A stretch of 64,000 nt of DNA from Mobula hypostoma (GCF_963921235.1 NC_086106.1:24552001-24616000), one strand, 5' to 3'. Counted from the first letter of the stretch, positions 27,640-40,559 are shown. Numbers and translations: made by a program. Notes: generated from the letters alone by a model not told the origin.

Positions 27640-30600
27640 AGTGAGTGAGTGGGCCAGTGAAGGAGTGGAGCTTTGAGGTTTTCACTTGAGAGGCTTCGAC
27701 GAGAAGAGGCGGAGGACAAACTAGCTCGCAGTTAGTCTTTACAATGTCTCCTGAGATGATGATGTGCCTCTCATGTGAAATGTGGCAGTCTTGGGGGAGC
27801 TCCCCGCTCCCGCAGAGTCACATCTGCCAGAAGTGCATACGGCTGGGCGATCTTGAAGACCGTGTAAGGAATCTGGAGCAGCAGTTGGATGATATTCGAC
27901 GCATAAGGGAGAATGAGGCGGTCATAGATCAGAGCTACAGGGAGGTAGTCACACCTAGGCTGTCGGAAGCAGGTCGCTGGGTGACAGTCAGAGGGGGGAA
28001 AGCGAGGTTCAGCAGACAGGTAGATCAGAGCACCCCTGTAGTCATTCCCCTGAATAATAAGTTTACCGTCCTGGATACTGGTGGCGGGCCGACCGACAAG
28101 GTGTAAGGCACGGTGGCACGGCCTCTGGCACTGAGCCTGACCGGTGGTGCAGAAGCGTGGGACGGAGAGGCGGAGAGCTGTCGTCATTGGAGACTCTATA
28201 GTCAGGGGAGCAGACAGGAGGTTTCCTGGAAAGGAGAAGGACACCCGCATGGTTTGTTGCCTCCCCGGTGTCTGGGTCCGGGATGTCTCTGACCGGGTGC
28301 ACAACATCACGATTCGAGAGGGAAAGCAACCAGAAGTCGTGATACATGTTGGGACCAACGACATAGACAGGAAGAGGGATGAAGTCCTGAAGTGTGAGTT
28401 CCGGGAACAAGGCAGAAGGCTGAAGAACAGGACCTCAAGGGTGGCGTTCTCTGGATTGCTGCCAGTGCTACGCAACATTGATGGTAAGAATTGGAGGAGA
28501 TGACTGTTGAATGCGTGGCTGAGGTGTTGCTGCAGGGAGCAGGGTTTTAGATTTTTGGAACATTAGGAACGCTTCTGGGGAAGGTGGGAATTGTACAGAT
28601 TGGATGGGTTGCACCTGAACTCGAGGGGGTGCAATATGCTTTCAGGGAGATTCGCTGGCATGGCTCGGGAGAGTTTAAACTAATTTGCAAGGTGGATGGG
28701 ACCCAGAACGATAGCAGTGAAAGAAGTGCATGGAGTAAAGCCATATCTAGCATATGGAAAGGCTTTGAGGAAAGAGAAGCGGAATAAACGGTGTAAAGAC
28801 AGTAAGGTCGAAGGGATGAAATGTGTGTACCTCAATGCAAGAAGCATCAGGAACAAAGGTGATGAACTGAGATCTTGGATACATTCATGGAATTATGATG
28901 TAGTGGTTCTTACAGAGATTTCCTGGCACCAGGGCAGGAATGGATTCTCAATATTCCTGGATTTTAGTGCTTAAAAAGAGATAGAGAGGGCGGAAAAAGG
29001 GGTGGAGGTGTGGCATTACTGGTCAAGGATACTAATACAGCTACAGAAAGCATGGGTAATGTAGCAGGATCCTCTTTGGAGTTAGTATGGGTGTAAGTCA
29101 GGAACAGGAAGGGAGCCGTTACGTAATTGGGGGTATTCTATAGGCCCCCGGTAGCAGCAGAGATACAGAGAAGCAAATTGGGACGAAGATTTTGGAAAGG
29201 TGCAAATATAACAGGGTTGTTATCATGGGTGACTTCAACTTCCCTAATATTGATTGGCACCTGATTAGTTCCAAAGGTTTAGGTGGGGCAGAGTTTGTTA
29301 AGTGTGTCCAGTACGGATTCCTGTCACAGTACGTGGACAGGCCGGCAAGGGGGAAAGCCATACTCGATCTAGTACTGGGAAATGAACCAGGTCAGATCAG
29401 AGATCTCTCAATGGATGAGAATCTGGGAGACAGTGACCAGAGCTCCTGGCCTTTAACATTATCATGGAAAAGGATAGAATCAGAGAGGACAGGAATATTT
29501 TTAATTGGGGAAGGCATTATGAGGCTATAAGGCTATAACTGGCGTGTGTGAATTGGGATGATTTTTTTTTTTTGCAGGGAAATGTACTATGAATATGTGG
29601 TCGATGTTTAGAGATCCCTCGCAGGATGTTAGGGATAAATTTGTACCGGTGAAAAAGATAAAGAATGGTAGGGTGAAGGAACTATGGGTGACAAGTGAGG
29701 TGGAAAATCTGGACAGGTGGAAGAAGGCAGCACACATGAGGTTTAGAAAGCAAGAATCAGATGAGACTATTGAGGAATATAGGGAAGCCAGAAAGGAGCT
29801 TAAGAAGCGGCTGAGAAGAGCAAGAAGGGGGCATGCGAAGGCCTTGGCGAGGAGGGTAAAGGAAAACCCCAAGGCATTCTTCAATTATGTGAAGAAAAAA
29901 AGGAGGACAGGGGTGAAGGTAGGATCAATAAGAGATAAATGTAGGAAAATGTGTCTGGAGGCTGTGGAAGTGAGTGAGATCCTGAATGAATACTTCTCTT
30001 CGGTATTCAACAAAGAGAGGGAACTTGATGATGGTGACGACAATATGAGCGAGGTTGATGTTCTGGCGCAAGTTGATATTAAGGGACAGGAGTTGTTGGA
30101 GTGTTTAAAATACATCAGGACGGATAAGTCCCCCGGGGCCTGACGGAATATTCCCCAGGCTGCTCTACGAGGCGAGGGAAGAGATTTCCATGCCTCTATT
30201 TAAGATCTTTATGTCCTCGTTGTCCACGGGAATGTTACCGGAGGATTGGAGGGAGGCTAATGTTGTCCCTTTGTTCAAAAAAGGTAGAAGGGATAGTCTG
30301 AGTAATTATAGACCAGTGAGTCTTCCGACTGTGGTGGGAAAGCTGTTGGATAAGATTCTGAGAGATAGGATCTCTGGGCATTTCGAGAATAATGGTCTAA
30401 CCAGGGACAGTCAGCAAGGCTTTGTGAAGGGCATATCGTGTCTAACAAGCCTGATAGAGTTCTCTTAGGAAGTGACTAGTCATATAGCTGAGAGTAGTGC
30501 AGTGGATGTGATCTATATGGATTTTAGTAAGGCATTTGACAAGGTTCCACACGGTAGGCTTATTCAGAAAGTCAGAAGGCATGGGATCCAGGGAGGTTTG

Positions 30601-31680
30601 GTAAGGTGGATTCAGAATTGGCATGCCTGCAGAAGGCAGAGGGTGGTGGTGGAGGGAGTACATTAAGATCGGTGGATTGCGACTAGTGGTGTCCCACAGG
30701 GATCTGTTCTGGAACCTCCACTTTTCGTGATTTTTTTTAACGACCTGGATGTGAGGGTAGAAGGGTTGGTTGGCAAGTTTGTAGACGACACAAAGGTTGG
30801 TGGTGTTGAAGATAGTGTAGAGGATTGTTAAGGATTGCAGGGAGACATTGATAGGATGCAGAAGTGGGCTGATAAGTGGCAGATGGAGTTTAACCGGGAG
30901 AAGTGTGAGGGGTACACTTTTGAAGGACAAACTCCAAGGCAGAGTATAAAGTAAATGGCAGGATACTTGTTAGTGTGGTGGAGCAGAGTGATTTGGGGGT
31001 ACATGACCACATATCCCTGAAAGTTGCCTCACAGCTGAAAATAGGGTAGTTAAGAAAGCTTATGGGGTGTTTGTTTTCATAAAGGGAGGGATAGAGTTTA
31101 AGAGTCGCGATGTGATGATGCACTTCTATAAAACTCTGGTTAGGCCGCACATGTAGTACTGTGTCCTTTTCTGGTCGGCTCACTATAGGAAATATGTGCA
31201 AGCGTTGGAAAGGGTACAGAGGAGATTTACCAGGATGCTGCCTGGTATAGAGAGTATACATTATGATCAGAGATTAAGGGAGCTAGGGCTTTACTCGTTG
31301 GAGAGAAAGAGGATGAGAGGAGACTTAATAGAGGTGTATAAGATAATAAGAGGAATAGAAAGAGTGGATAGCCAGCGCCTCTTCCCCAGGCAATACTGCT
31401 CTATACAAGAGGACATGGCTTTAAGGTAACAAATGGGAAGGTCAAGGGGGATATTAGAGGAAGATTTTTTTTTTTTTACTCAGAGAGTGGTTGGTGCGTG
31501 GAATGCACTGCCTGAGTCAGTGGTGGAGGCAGACACACTAGTGAAGTTTACGAGACTACTGTACAGGTATATGGAGGAATTTAAGTTGAGGGGGTTATAT
31601 GGGAGGCTGGTTTTGAGTGTCGGCGCAACATTGTGGGCCGAAAAGCCTGTACTTCGCTCTAAAATTTTATGTTCTATGTT
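27640..31680 (+). mobile_element. Full-length but inactivated CR1-type LINE
   Basis: Zn-finger ORF (CLSCEMW...HICQKC, 27744), SGNH-esterase ORF1 (VIGDSIVRG...HVGTNDI, 28144), APE (YLNARSIRNK; GDFNFP), RT (QQGFVKG; YMDFSKAFDKVPH), and 3' ttctatg repeats. Many stops. Confidence 0.9.
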
Positions 31681-33357
31681 CCAACATTCTCACAAGGTCT
31701 AATCATATGAGATTAAGTTCAGTATATTAGTTATTGTTCTCTATATTCTGCATAGCTCTTTAACAATTATTTTTAAGTCCTGGATGTCCGTTGCACTCTG
31801 GTCACTCACTCTGCAGTTTACACTGGTTCGTAACAATTTGGAACTGATTATTAGTGAAATTAAGGACGCGGTATGTCGCCTTTCTCATGGGTAAATATGA
31901 AAGTGTATTAATCGTGACCATGCAGTGTTCTTCTACGCAATGCTATTTAATGTTGTACAGACTGACTCCATATTACAGCAGCAACTTCTAGTAGTCTGCC
32001 AAACTCCATAACATTAACCGAGCAATTTATAGCATTCACAAAATTCATATAGGCAGCTGCAGAAGGAGTAGAAGACATTGGACATAAAACCATGTCATAC
32101 CAGAGCAGGTGCTGATGTATTAGACTGAGTGATTGGACAAACTATTTTTATTCCCACAATAGAAATTGCGGTACACAACATTATCTGTCCTCGGAATTAG
32201 TAGCATGAACCTGAGTTAATCTGCAACATAATGCATACAATAAATGTTAATTTATTTGAAACTAGCGGTAATTACTCTTATATATGTCATATTATTGTTA
32301 GTTTATATTACCTCATTACCTTATATTACGTATTACCTTATATATTAAACCCCCTTTTGCAGTTCCAAGAACTGCTGTCACGTCACCACAACAGCTTGAC
32401 CCCATTCCGTTCTACGTCTGTTTTATTTCTACATCACATTCACAGCATGAGATCGGCGTTCAATCAGAAATTATTCCAAATTCAGGTGAAAAAGTATTTG
32501 AATCAGAATATGATGATACGTGTACACTGTAACACAAGGGATGTGAACTGCACTTTCTAACCATGCCATCGAGAAGGTTAGAGTCTGAAACCATCGTCTG
32601 TTTGGAAGCTTCGTCACGGTCATACAATCCAGGATTAGGTTCAAAAAGATTGATTTTCGTTTTTTTTTCCATTATGGCTCTGTTAATGGGGATATTGTTT
32701 ACTTGCGATACCAGAAGATTTTAATAATGATTAACATAATTAAAAATGATTAAAAGTAAGATAATTAAAATCACTTTACTCTTGTCGACACTTCCAACAT
32801 CCAATGCCAAAGCCTCGCATTCCACTGTCCCAAAATGCGAGACTTGCTTTTTGATTTCTGCGACTTGTAAGTCATTAATCAAAACATGCGGCAAATGTTC
32901 ACGCGGATTGTACTATGTCATATCCTACTTAAAAACCACAAAAACAAAAAGAAAACAACGTTGATCTGGTTTTATTTGTTTATTTCTGAGAATCGAACTC
33001 AGAAAATAGGTGTGCGTGAAATTCATTTAAATTAGGCGGGAAATTTGCTGATTAATCTCAACATTCTGGAAAGGAGGCATTTTTTTTTTCATATCCTGAC
33101 ATTACTATCTACGTGTATCCATTGATCCATTATATCGATCAACTGGACCATCGAGAGTTTTCAGCTCAGGTTTACAAAAGAAACGCTCTGCATCAAAAGC
33201 GAGACTCTCGTTTGTCTGCAATTAAAAAGGTAAATTGATTATTTCCATTTCACATGACAATTATTAAAGACGAAAACTTTGGGAACACCCAGCTGGTGAA
33301 AAACTTCTGCAAAAATCGATGAATGAACAGTCCAACTGAGCGAACTACTTAATCTTT

Positions 33358-33372
33358 GCTGTCAACTGGTGG
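33358..33372 (-). promoter_or_regulatory. Degenerate CTCF-like motif in the V-less module
   Basis: Minus strand CCACCAGTTGACAGC at the homologous position, with two core changes. Confidence 0.35.
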
Positions 33373-33414
33373 AATATAACTTATTTGCAACTGGCGATGT
33401 TACATGAATTTCGT

Positions 33415-34685
33415 CACGTACCGGCCCGAAAAGTCGACCGATCTTTCCCTCGGATGCTGCCCGACCTGCTGAGCTCCTCCAGCTCGTTGTGAGTGCTGCT
33501 TTGACCCCAGCATCTGCAGATTATTTTGTGATTTGATAAGGTAACCCATGCAAGGCTTATCGAGAAAGTAAAGAGGCATGTGATCCAAGGAGGCATTGCT
33601 TTGTGGATCCAGAACTGGCTTGCCCACAGAAGGCAAAAAGAAGTTGTAGACTTACCATATACTGCATGGAGGTCGGTCACCAGTGGGGTGACTCAGAGAT
33701 CGGTTCGGGGACCCTTACTTTCTTGATTTTTTTTATAAATGACCTGGATGAGTGAGTAGATGTGTGGGTTAGTAAGTTTGCTGTTGACACAAAGTTTGGA
33801 TGTGTTGTGGATAGTGTGGACGGCTGTCAGATGTTACGGTGGGTCATTGATAGCATGCAAAATTGGGCAGAAAAACAGCAGATGGATTTCAACCCAGTGA
33901 AGTATGAAGCGGTTCATTTTGGTCGGGCAAATATGATGGTACAATATAGTATTAATGGTAAGACTCTTGGCAGTTTGGAAGTTCAGAGGGATCTTGGAGT
34001 CCGAGTCCATACGACGCTCAAAGCAGTTGCGCAGGTGAACTCTTTGGTTAAGAAGGCATACGGTGTATTGGCCTTCATCAATCGTGGAACTGAATTTAGG
34101 AGCCGAGAGGTGATGCTGCAGCTATACAGCACCCTGGTCAAACATCACTTGGAGTGCTCAGTTCTGGCTGTCTCACTACAGGAGGTTGTGGACGCCATAG
34201 AAGGGGTGGAGAGGTGATTTTAAAAGATGTTGCCTGGATTGGGGAACATGCCTAATGAGAATAAGTTGAGTGAATTAGGCCTTTTCTTGAGCGACGGAGG
34301 ATCAGAGGTGACCTGATAGATGTGAATAAGATGATGACAGGCATTGACCGTGTGGCTATTCAGATGCTTTTTTTTTGCTAGAGCTGAAATGGTTGCCGCA
34401 AGAGGACATATTTTTAAGGTACTGGCGAATAGGCACAGATGAGCTGTCAAGGGTAGGTTTTTAGCTCGGCGAGTGTTGACTGCGTGGAATGCGCTGCCGG
34501 CAACGGTGGTGGAGGACGATACGATAGGGTCTTTTTAGAGACATTTAGATAGGTACATGGAGCTGAGTAAAATAAAGGGCTGCATGTAAACCGAGTAATT
34601 TCTAAGGTAGAGACATGTACGGCAAAACTTTGTGGGCTGAAGGGCCTGTATTGTGCTGCAGGTTTTCTATGTTTTTTAGTTTCTA
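33415..34685 (+). mobile_element. Penelope pseudo-LTR remnant (about 33420-33525) joined to a CR1-type LINE 3' fragment
   Basis: CCCGAAAAGTCGAC...CAGCATCTGCAGA followed by RT-end ORFs (WVSKFAVDTK...REVMLQLYSTLV) and a ttctatg tail. Confidence 0.78.
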
Positions 34686-36149
34686 AATAAAGGCGGAGTC
34701 ACGATCCATTGCGTTTACCGACAGTTTACGTTCGTGCTCATACAGATAAGATAAAGTTCTGAGTATATTTCGATTAACTGCATCTTCAAGTCAAAGCACC
34801 GTACAATTGGCAATATGAATGGTTACAGAAATTAGGTCACGTAATTCCGAGCAGCGTTGACACCATGCGTCCTGATTATCTGAAGCATTGTATCTGTTTT
34901 TGCAACACTTACAGTAAGAGACTCTAAATAAATTAATATATACGTTCTAACCTATCAAGACTACTGAACTTTTTGAATGAACTCACAGCACTGATCCAGC
35001 AAAATCGACTTATTGGATAAGCACGGTCATTGATATTAATATCTCAGTTTATGTATTTTCAGATGTAATAACTTGTAACCTCATATGTCCTAAAATCGTC
35101 CCTTCTGTATTCTGTCGTTCAATTGACAATGTTAAGCTACAATCAGGAGGCACTAAACGAGACCTTTCGATTAAGACGTCAATACATATTCGCTTGGCCA
35201 ATTGCCCTATTGTCTGGACCTGCCATTTTGCTGAATTACGTCAAGTATATAAGAAGCACCTTTTATATTGAATCAAGTACTTCGTGCTGGAAAACTTTTT
35301 TTTTATTGGTTACTGGGAAAATAACCACAAGATAATATAAACTTTATCATTCCAATTCTGAAAATAAAGGTTAAAGACGTAGCCTTTTCTCATTGTCCGA
35401 AATATATACAGTTCATTATTTGGGCAGAATGTTAATAAATCTCTGAAATTTATATCACTTCAGTTCACTTTGCATGGCTCAGTTAATAAGCAGACATTTG
35501 TCACAGTCTTCCATTCGAGAGAGGCTTCCTCCTCCAATCCAGTCATTACTGAGAAGGTTTTTGTAATTCCTGCCCCAATATTTGGTCACCAAGCAGCGCA
35601 GGTTTGAACGTTACAGCTGTTGCGCTCATACCTCACTTATGTTTCACCTAGTCTGAGCATTGTTATTCAGCTAATATCCAGTGAAACTATATGCAATTGA
35701 TCCACCAGGTAGAACCCAGGAAGGTAAAAGTGGGGATGCATTTTTTCTATTTCTTTTCTATCTTTGTACTCTGACTGCAAATTTGTAGCGAAAAGAAACA
35801 CCATAAAGAACCGCGTTTCGTCCAACTATATATATTCCAATAAACTCGACAAGAATTTAATTTACAAAAAATTCCAGACTTACTTTCAAACACGAATATA
35901 TGAATATTACTATTGCTGAGGTAACATGACCTGTTTGATTGAAGTTTCAGTGGCGGTCGTTAGGTCAGACGCCACTGTGATAATCACTGCATTCAAAAGC
36001 TAGAGGAGTCTGAGCCGTATAACCAGTAGAATCATCTGCTCCAAATTATTTCAGTTGTCTGTTACTGGCAGGATTTCACTACCTGTTCTAAAGTGGACAG
36101 CCCATTGTGATCCCACTAGGTAGTAATCAGAACTGGCTGATCTTCTTGA

Positions 36150-36900
36150 GTACATAATGTTCACATTAGTGGTGAGCAAGTGGAACAGGTCACGCTTGGG
36201 GTCAATATCACAAATGACCTGATTTGGACGAACCAAGCAGAGTTCACTGCCAAGAAAGTCTCACCAGCGCCTTTACGTCCCGAGAAATCTAAAGAAATTT
36301 GGCCAGTCCCCAAACCGTCACTATTTTTTATAGATGCAGCGTGGAAAGCATTCCCCTCGGGTGCATCACAATCTGGTATGGAGGTTGTCTTGTCCAAGAG
36401 CGGAAGAAGCTGCAGAAGATCGTGAACATGGCGCAGCACATCACACAAACCAATCTTCCTTCCGTGGACTCACTTTACACCGCACGCTGTCGGAGCAGTG
36501 CTGCCAGGATAATCTGGGAGACGACCCACCCAGCCAACACACTTTTTGTCCCTCTTCCCTCCGGGAGAAGGCTCAGGAGCTTGAAAACTGAACGGCCAGA
36601 TTTGGGAACAGCTTCTTTCCAATTGTGATAAGACTACTGAACGGATCCTGACCTGGATATGGGCCGTACCGTCTAAATATCTGAACCTGCCTCTCGCTTT
36701 TTTTTTTCTTTTTTTTTTTGGCACTGCCGTACTTTCAATTCTCTATTTTCTATTTATGTTTTATAATTTAGATTTTTAATATTTACTATCGATTTGTAGT
36801 CCAGGGAGCGGGAAGCGCAGAATCATATATCGCTGGGATGATTGTACATTCTAGTATCAATTGTTTGGAGACAATGAAGTATAGAGTATAAAGTATTCTG
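36150..36900 (+). mobile_element. Rex1/Babar-like LINE 3' end
   Basis: ORF 36299-36628 reads TIFYRCSVESIPLGCITIWYGGC...LQKIVNMAQHIT...LPSGRRLRSLK. Confidence 0.72.
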
Positions 36901-37214
36901 GTGGATAGCTTCTCCGGTGTTTATGAGGTGATCGGGGTAAATCCACTAATTATGTGATCGCTATGTGCACGCAACTCATTTTGGAATAGCAGATAATGTA
37001 AATTTCATAAATAGACACTGAAGGGGATTTCACTCATCCATTCCTACTGGATATTCAGGCAAGAGTTCATGAGATTTCAATCTCCCTGGTCATTAAACAA
37101 CAACAGCAACAAAAACGACAACGACAACTTGATGAAGATTTTTCTCTGAGGAGACCGAGATGACGATTTTAATGCTTACGATTTATGAGAAGATTACTAG
37201 AGCGTTACATAAGC

Positions 37215-37430
37215 GCAAGACCTCGGCGATGGTGACTGGGGAGGAGTACTCAATGAGGCATACCATCTCTTCAAAGTATCACCTTTGGCAGGTATCCTGA
37301 ATTCATTTGATTGTTGCGTCAATGATGAATCTGGCTGAGTTTAAAATGTTCTGAGGTTATTTTTTGTTTGTTTGTTTGTTTTTGTTCCTGTGCGGTTGCC
37401 CCACCATACCAGACACAGATGCAAACAATT
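37215..37430 (-). mobile_element. Rex1/Babar-like fragment
   Basis: Nucleotide similarity to 15600-15782, ending at the same motif (gccccaccat..cagaca..gatgca). Confidence 0.55.
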
Positions 37431-39545
37431 ACAATCGTCCCCATATATCTCTAGAAATTACTGTGAGTATTTGATGGAAGACCAGTTCTCAACCCTCCAG
37501 TGACATTTAGCCGCTGCAGTGCCTTCTTTGTAATTGTGCCCAGTTTAAATCCACAGTGATGTCTATAACCACGCAGTCGAAACTGCTTATCCTTTGCGCT
37601 TCCGATTCCTCGATAGGAATTGGTATGTGTTCCATCGCTTTCCATTCCTGAAGTACAAAATGAAGTTTGGTTGTACTAAGCCAACACTCAAGCAGATGAT
37701 CTCTATATCTGCCGTACGCCCATTCGTCACTATCTGAAATTATGCAAACAATATCTATGTTTTCGTCAAACTTAATGAAGGGATTAAAGTTATGCGAAGC
37801 CTCAGAATCGTGCTTGTACTAAGGGTCAAGAATTGGGTATGGTTGAATTACGGCACTGTTGATTGTTAGCGACGATAAAATGTTATTTCCAATTGGTTTG
37901 TGAGATGGTCTCCCATTTAGGAGATCTAATCCAGTGGCAGGAGGAGGATTTGAGAACCAGGTTTTGAGCTTGTTGAGTAAAGCTGAGGAGTGCTGATGGC
38001 TGAGAAGAGAGGCATCCCAACACTGATGTTGCGAATTCAAAATTAAATGTAAAATGAAATTCTCCTAGTACATGATAAAGGGTTGACACAGCTGATTGTA
38101 AATATTCCCCAGCTGTACTGTAATATTTCAATCAGCGATAGAGTGCAGCGGCAATCATGAAACCATCAAGAAATATCTCCTTATGTGCCCACTTTAGGGA
38201 CATGTGACAATGTTGCAGTTAAGGAATGCATCAATTGATTTTTGGATGTTTGAAATCTCTATACAGCTATAATCTTCATGAGCAGAATATTCCTGAATGT
38301 GCTGATGCCTGGATTTTTTGAATTTGTTTGTGAGTAACTGGAGCCGTAGATATGCAAGCCGTCCAAGAAGAAACATAAATACCTGCTGCAGCTGTTTACT
38401 TCCGCTTTTGCATTATACTTTAATGGGGTAATTGGGTAATAAATTACGCGAAGAAACGCTGCATGCTGTATAACAGCTTGTTCAGCAGACTCAGCAACGT
38501 ACATCATCTTGTGCTAGTACAATCTAGCAAATATCTGAAAAGAAGTTAGGAAATATATTTAACCCATTTTCAGTGGTGTGCACAATAACAGGTCGAACTG
38601 CAAACGTGCCTCCCATCAATTGCCCAGTAAGCAGTATGTGCAAATACTCAGCGGCATTGAAAGCAACTGCACAAAATAAACTCTGGGCTTTCTTGAAGTC
38701 TCAAAGACGTCTACACAAATAAACAACGCTACCATCTCTTCGATAAGTTCCGAAATTATTCAGAGAAAAGCTAAAATTCGCAGACACCGGTGAGAGACGA
38801 AAAAATGATGCGCGCCAGAACTTTTAGCTCGTTTCAGCGTTTTTATAACAAATCTCATTCCCCTATGTTCTGTCTGAAATGTACCAGAGATGTTTACTGT
38901 CTGATATGATCTCTTTTTTTTGGCACACTTACTTCATAACACTGCTTTCCATACTTCTGGCATAATCTGCTTCAACGTGCAAGTGCAGATTGATGACAAT
39001 ATCCTCCAAGGCGCCCAAGAGCTTCATTACATTCGCTCACCGGCGACCGGCACTATGCAGTTAATGTTGACACCTAAAAACTTTAATCCATTTTTTACAT
39101 ATCTTTGCCGGTTGCAAGCTGACCTGTCGAGTCCTGCACCACGTTTGAACGCCTTTTATCACAGATTTCATACTGTTAGATTGCGCTTGAGTTCTGTTGT
39201 TATAGACAGATTTTGCCCTATTTTTAATCCGACAATCCGTTTCCACTGCACGTTGCAGGATTACAGAGTCTGGGAACGTTACTGTAAGGGGCGGATTCGT
39301 GCCGCACCTCATTATTATTTTTCTCCTCGGTAAATTTTTACTTCACTGTAATAACCGATATTAATCCAGAATACTACTTTAATCGCGGAGGCAACTCTAG
39401 TGCAGTACCGTAATATTCCAATCTACTCTACCGTCCTTCAACGACGCATATTCTATTTAAGGTTGTAGTTTGTTGGAAGTGTTGATTGTGATTTCTTACT
39501 TATTTTACAGTTACAAAGGGGACATCAAGACATCGTGGAACAGTT

Positions 39546-39780
39546 AACATACATCAAAGTTGCTGGTGAACGCAGCAGGCAAGGCAGCATCTATAGGAAG
39601 AGGTGCAGTCGACGTTTCAGGCCGAGACCCTTCGTCAGGACTAAGTTAGTCCTGACGAAGGGTCTCGGCCTGAAACGTCGACTGCACCTCTTCCTATAGA
39701 TGCTGCCTGGCCTGCTGCGTTCACCAGCAACTTTGATGTATGTTGCTTGAATTTCCAGCATCTGCAGAATTCCTGTTGTT
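39546..39780. mobile_element. Penelope-type insertion with inverted pseudo-LTR duplication and 14-bp TSD
   Basis: TSD ATCGTGGAACAGTT at 39532-39545 and 39781-39794. 99-bp arms at 39546-39644 and 39646-39744, with one mismatch seen. Confidence 0.88.
39648..39683 (+). ncRNA. Minimal type I hammerhead ribozyme motif (mirror copy on minus strand at 39607-39642)
   Basis: AGTC-CTGACGA-AGG-gtctcgg-CCT-GAAA-CG-TC-GACT. Stem I AGTC/GACT, core CUGANGA and GAAA, palindromic ACGT stem III, UC cleavage site. This matches the known architecture of Penelope-like element hammerheads. Confidence 0.75.
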
Positions 39781-39999
39781 ATCGTGGAACAGTTGCTCGG
39801 TTAAAAAAAACATCCATGAAAGAAAAAAATAAGACAGTTTTGAATTTAACTTTGCAAAGGGGTGGTGCTCTCACAGATGTGTTCCTGAACAGACAACAAC
39901 CACAGTAATTGTTGCGGATTCCAGCAGAGAAAGTAAACCGACAAAAAATATGCATGACTATTCTGTTCAAATCAGACTCCGCCATGTACTTCCGCGAAA

Positions 40000-40038
40000 G
40001 ACAATGTATCAAAGAATATTTTGCATTGAACAAAAAAC
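40000..40038 (+). other. Degenerate 23-RSS of V5
   Basis: GACAATG (40000-40006; first C of CAC lost), 23 nt, ACAAAAAAC (40030-40038). Confidence 0.72.
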
Positions 40039-40559
40039 TCTTCCAAAAATTTCACATGATGTCGAAAGAGGGCGAGCTCATCATATAAAAAAGTCTGGCA
40101 AAGCAATGTGGAAACAAATTCTAACTAACGTCAGAAGGCTTAATTGAATCGTTTTAAATTATCGAGTATTCAGAACGAACGCGTTAATATTCTCTTCGAC
40201 ATTTTTGTATATTTTTGCATTTTGATCTTTTTAACTGTGCTGCCACCAAAATCTGATTTCACGACTTCTGTGATGTCTAAATGTAATATTCCGCATTAAG
40301 TCTTGCATTACCACTGTGGACAATACCAATAAATTGATAGTTTGAAGGGGGTGGCCGATGGATAGACAGCAAAATGGCGAAAGATGTGCTCATATTCTGA
40401 GCAGACAAAACTTCCCATCAACATCAGAAATGAATAAATGTATGGTTATCCAACATAGCAGCAATATTATCGCCGCGGAGTTTAGTCAACAGCTCGTACA
40501 CACACATCTGATATATTTTATAACCATACAGCCTCTCATAGATATCTTCACTGTAAGTC

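Larger units (their letters stand above)
22560..33410 (+). repeat. Segmental-duplication module paralogous to about 54200-59050 (V3 upstream), excluding TE insertions
   Basis: Collinear shared anchors, e.g. gttcggtg.gaagtcgggatgaatttgg at 24160/55840, ttttccagctgatcgata at 27105/57222, and catatgagattaagttc at 31705/57743. Confidence 0.85.
39284..39999 (+). pseudogene. Highly decayed TCR V pseudogene V5, interrupted by a Penelope-type insertion
   Basis: Leader remnant with no ATG (...PHLIIIFLL G|gtaaat, donor 39330). ...QDIVEQ at about 39526-39543. After the insert it reads EKNKTVLNLTLQRGGALTDVFLNRQQPQ*LLRIPAEKVNR...SDSAMYFR, which aligns to V2 TLNCTLQ..DVFWYRQ..RPQYLIRINAGKVYR..SDSATYLC. 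Both Cys and the Trp are lost. Confidence 0.8.

Noticed and set aside
35556-35594. GGTTTTTGT nonamer suggesting a J or D RSS
   Set aside because: No heptamer at 12- or 23-bp spacing and no FGxG motif. Paralogous blocks lack it.
39546-39744. CRISPR-like array, terminator or MITE
   Set aside because: Eukaryotic context and a single inverted pair. The sequence matches Penelope pseudo-LTRs elsewhere in the window (8140-8245, 24007-24138).
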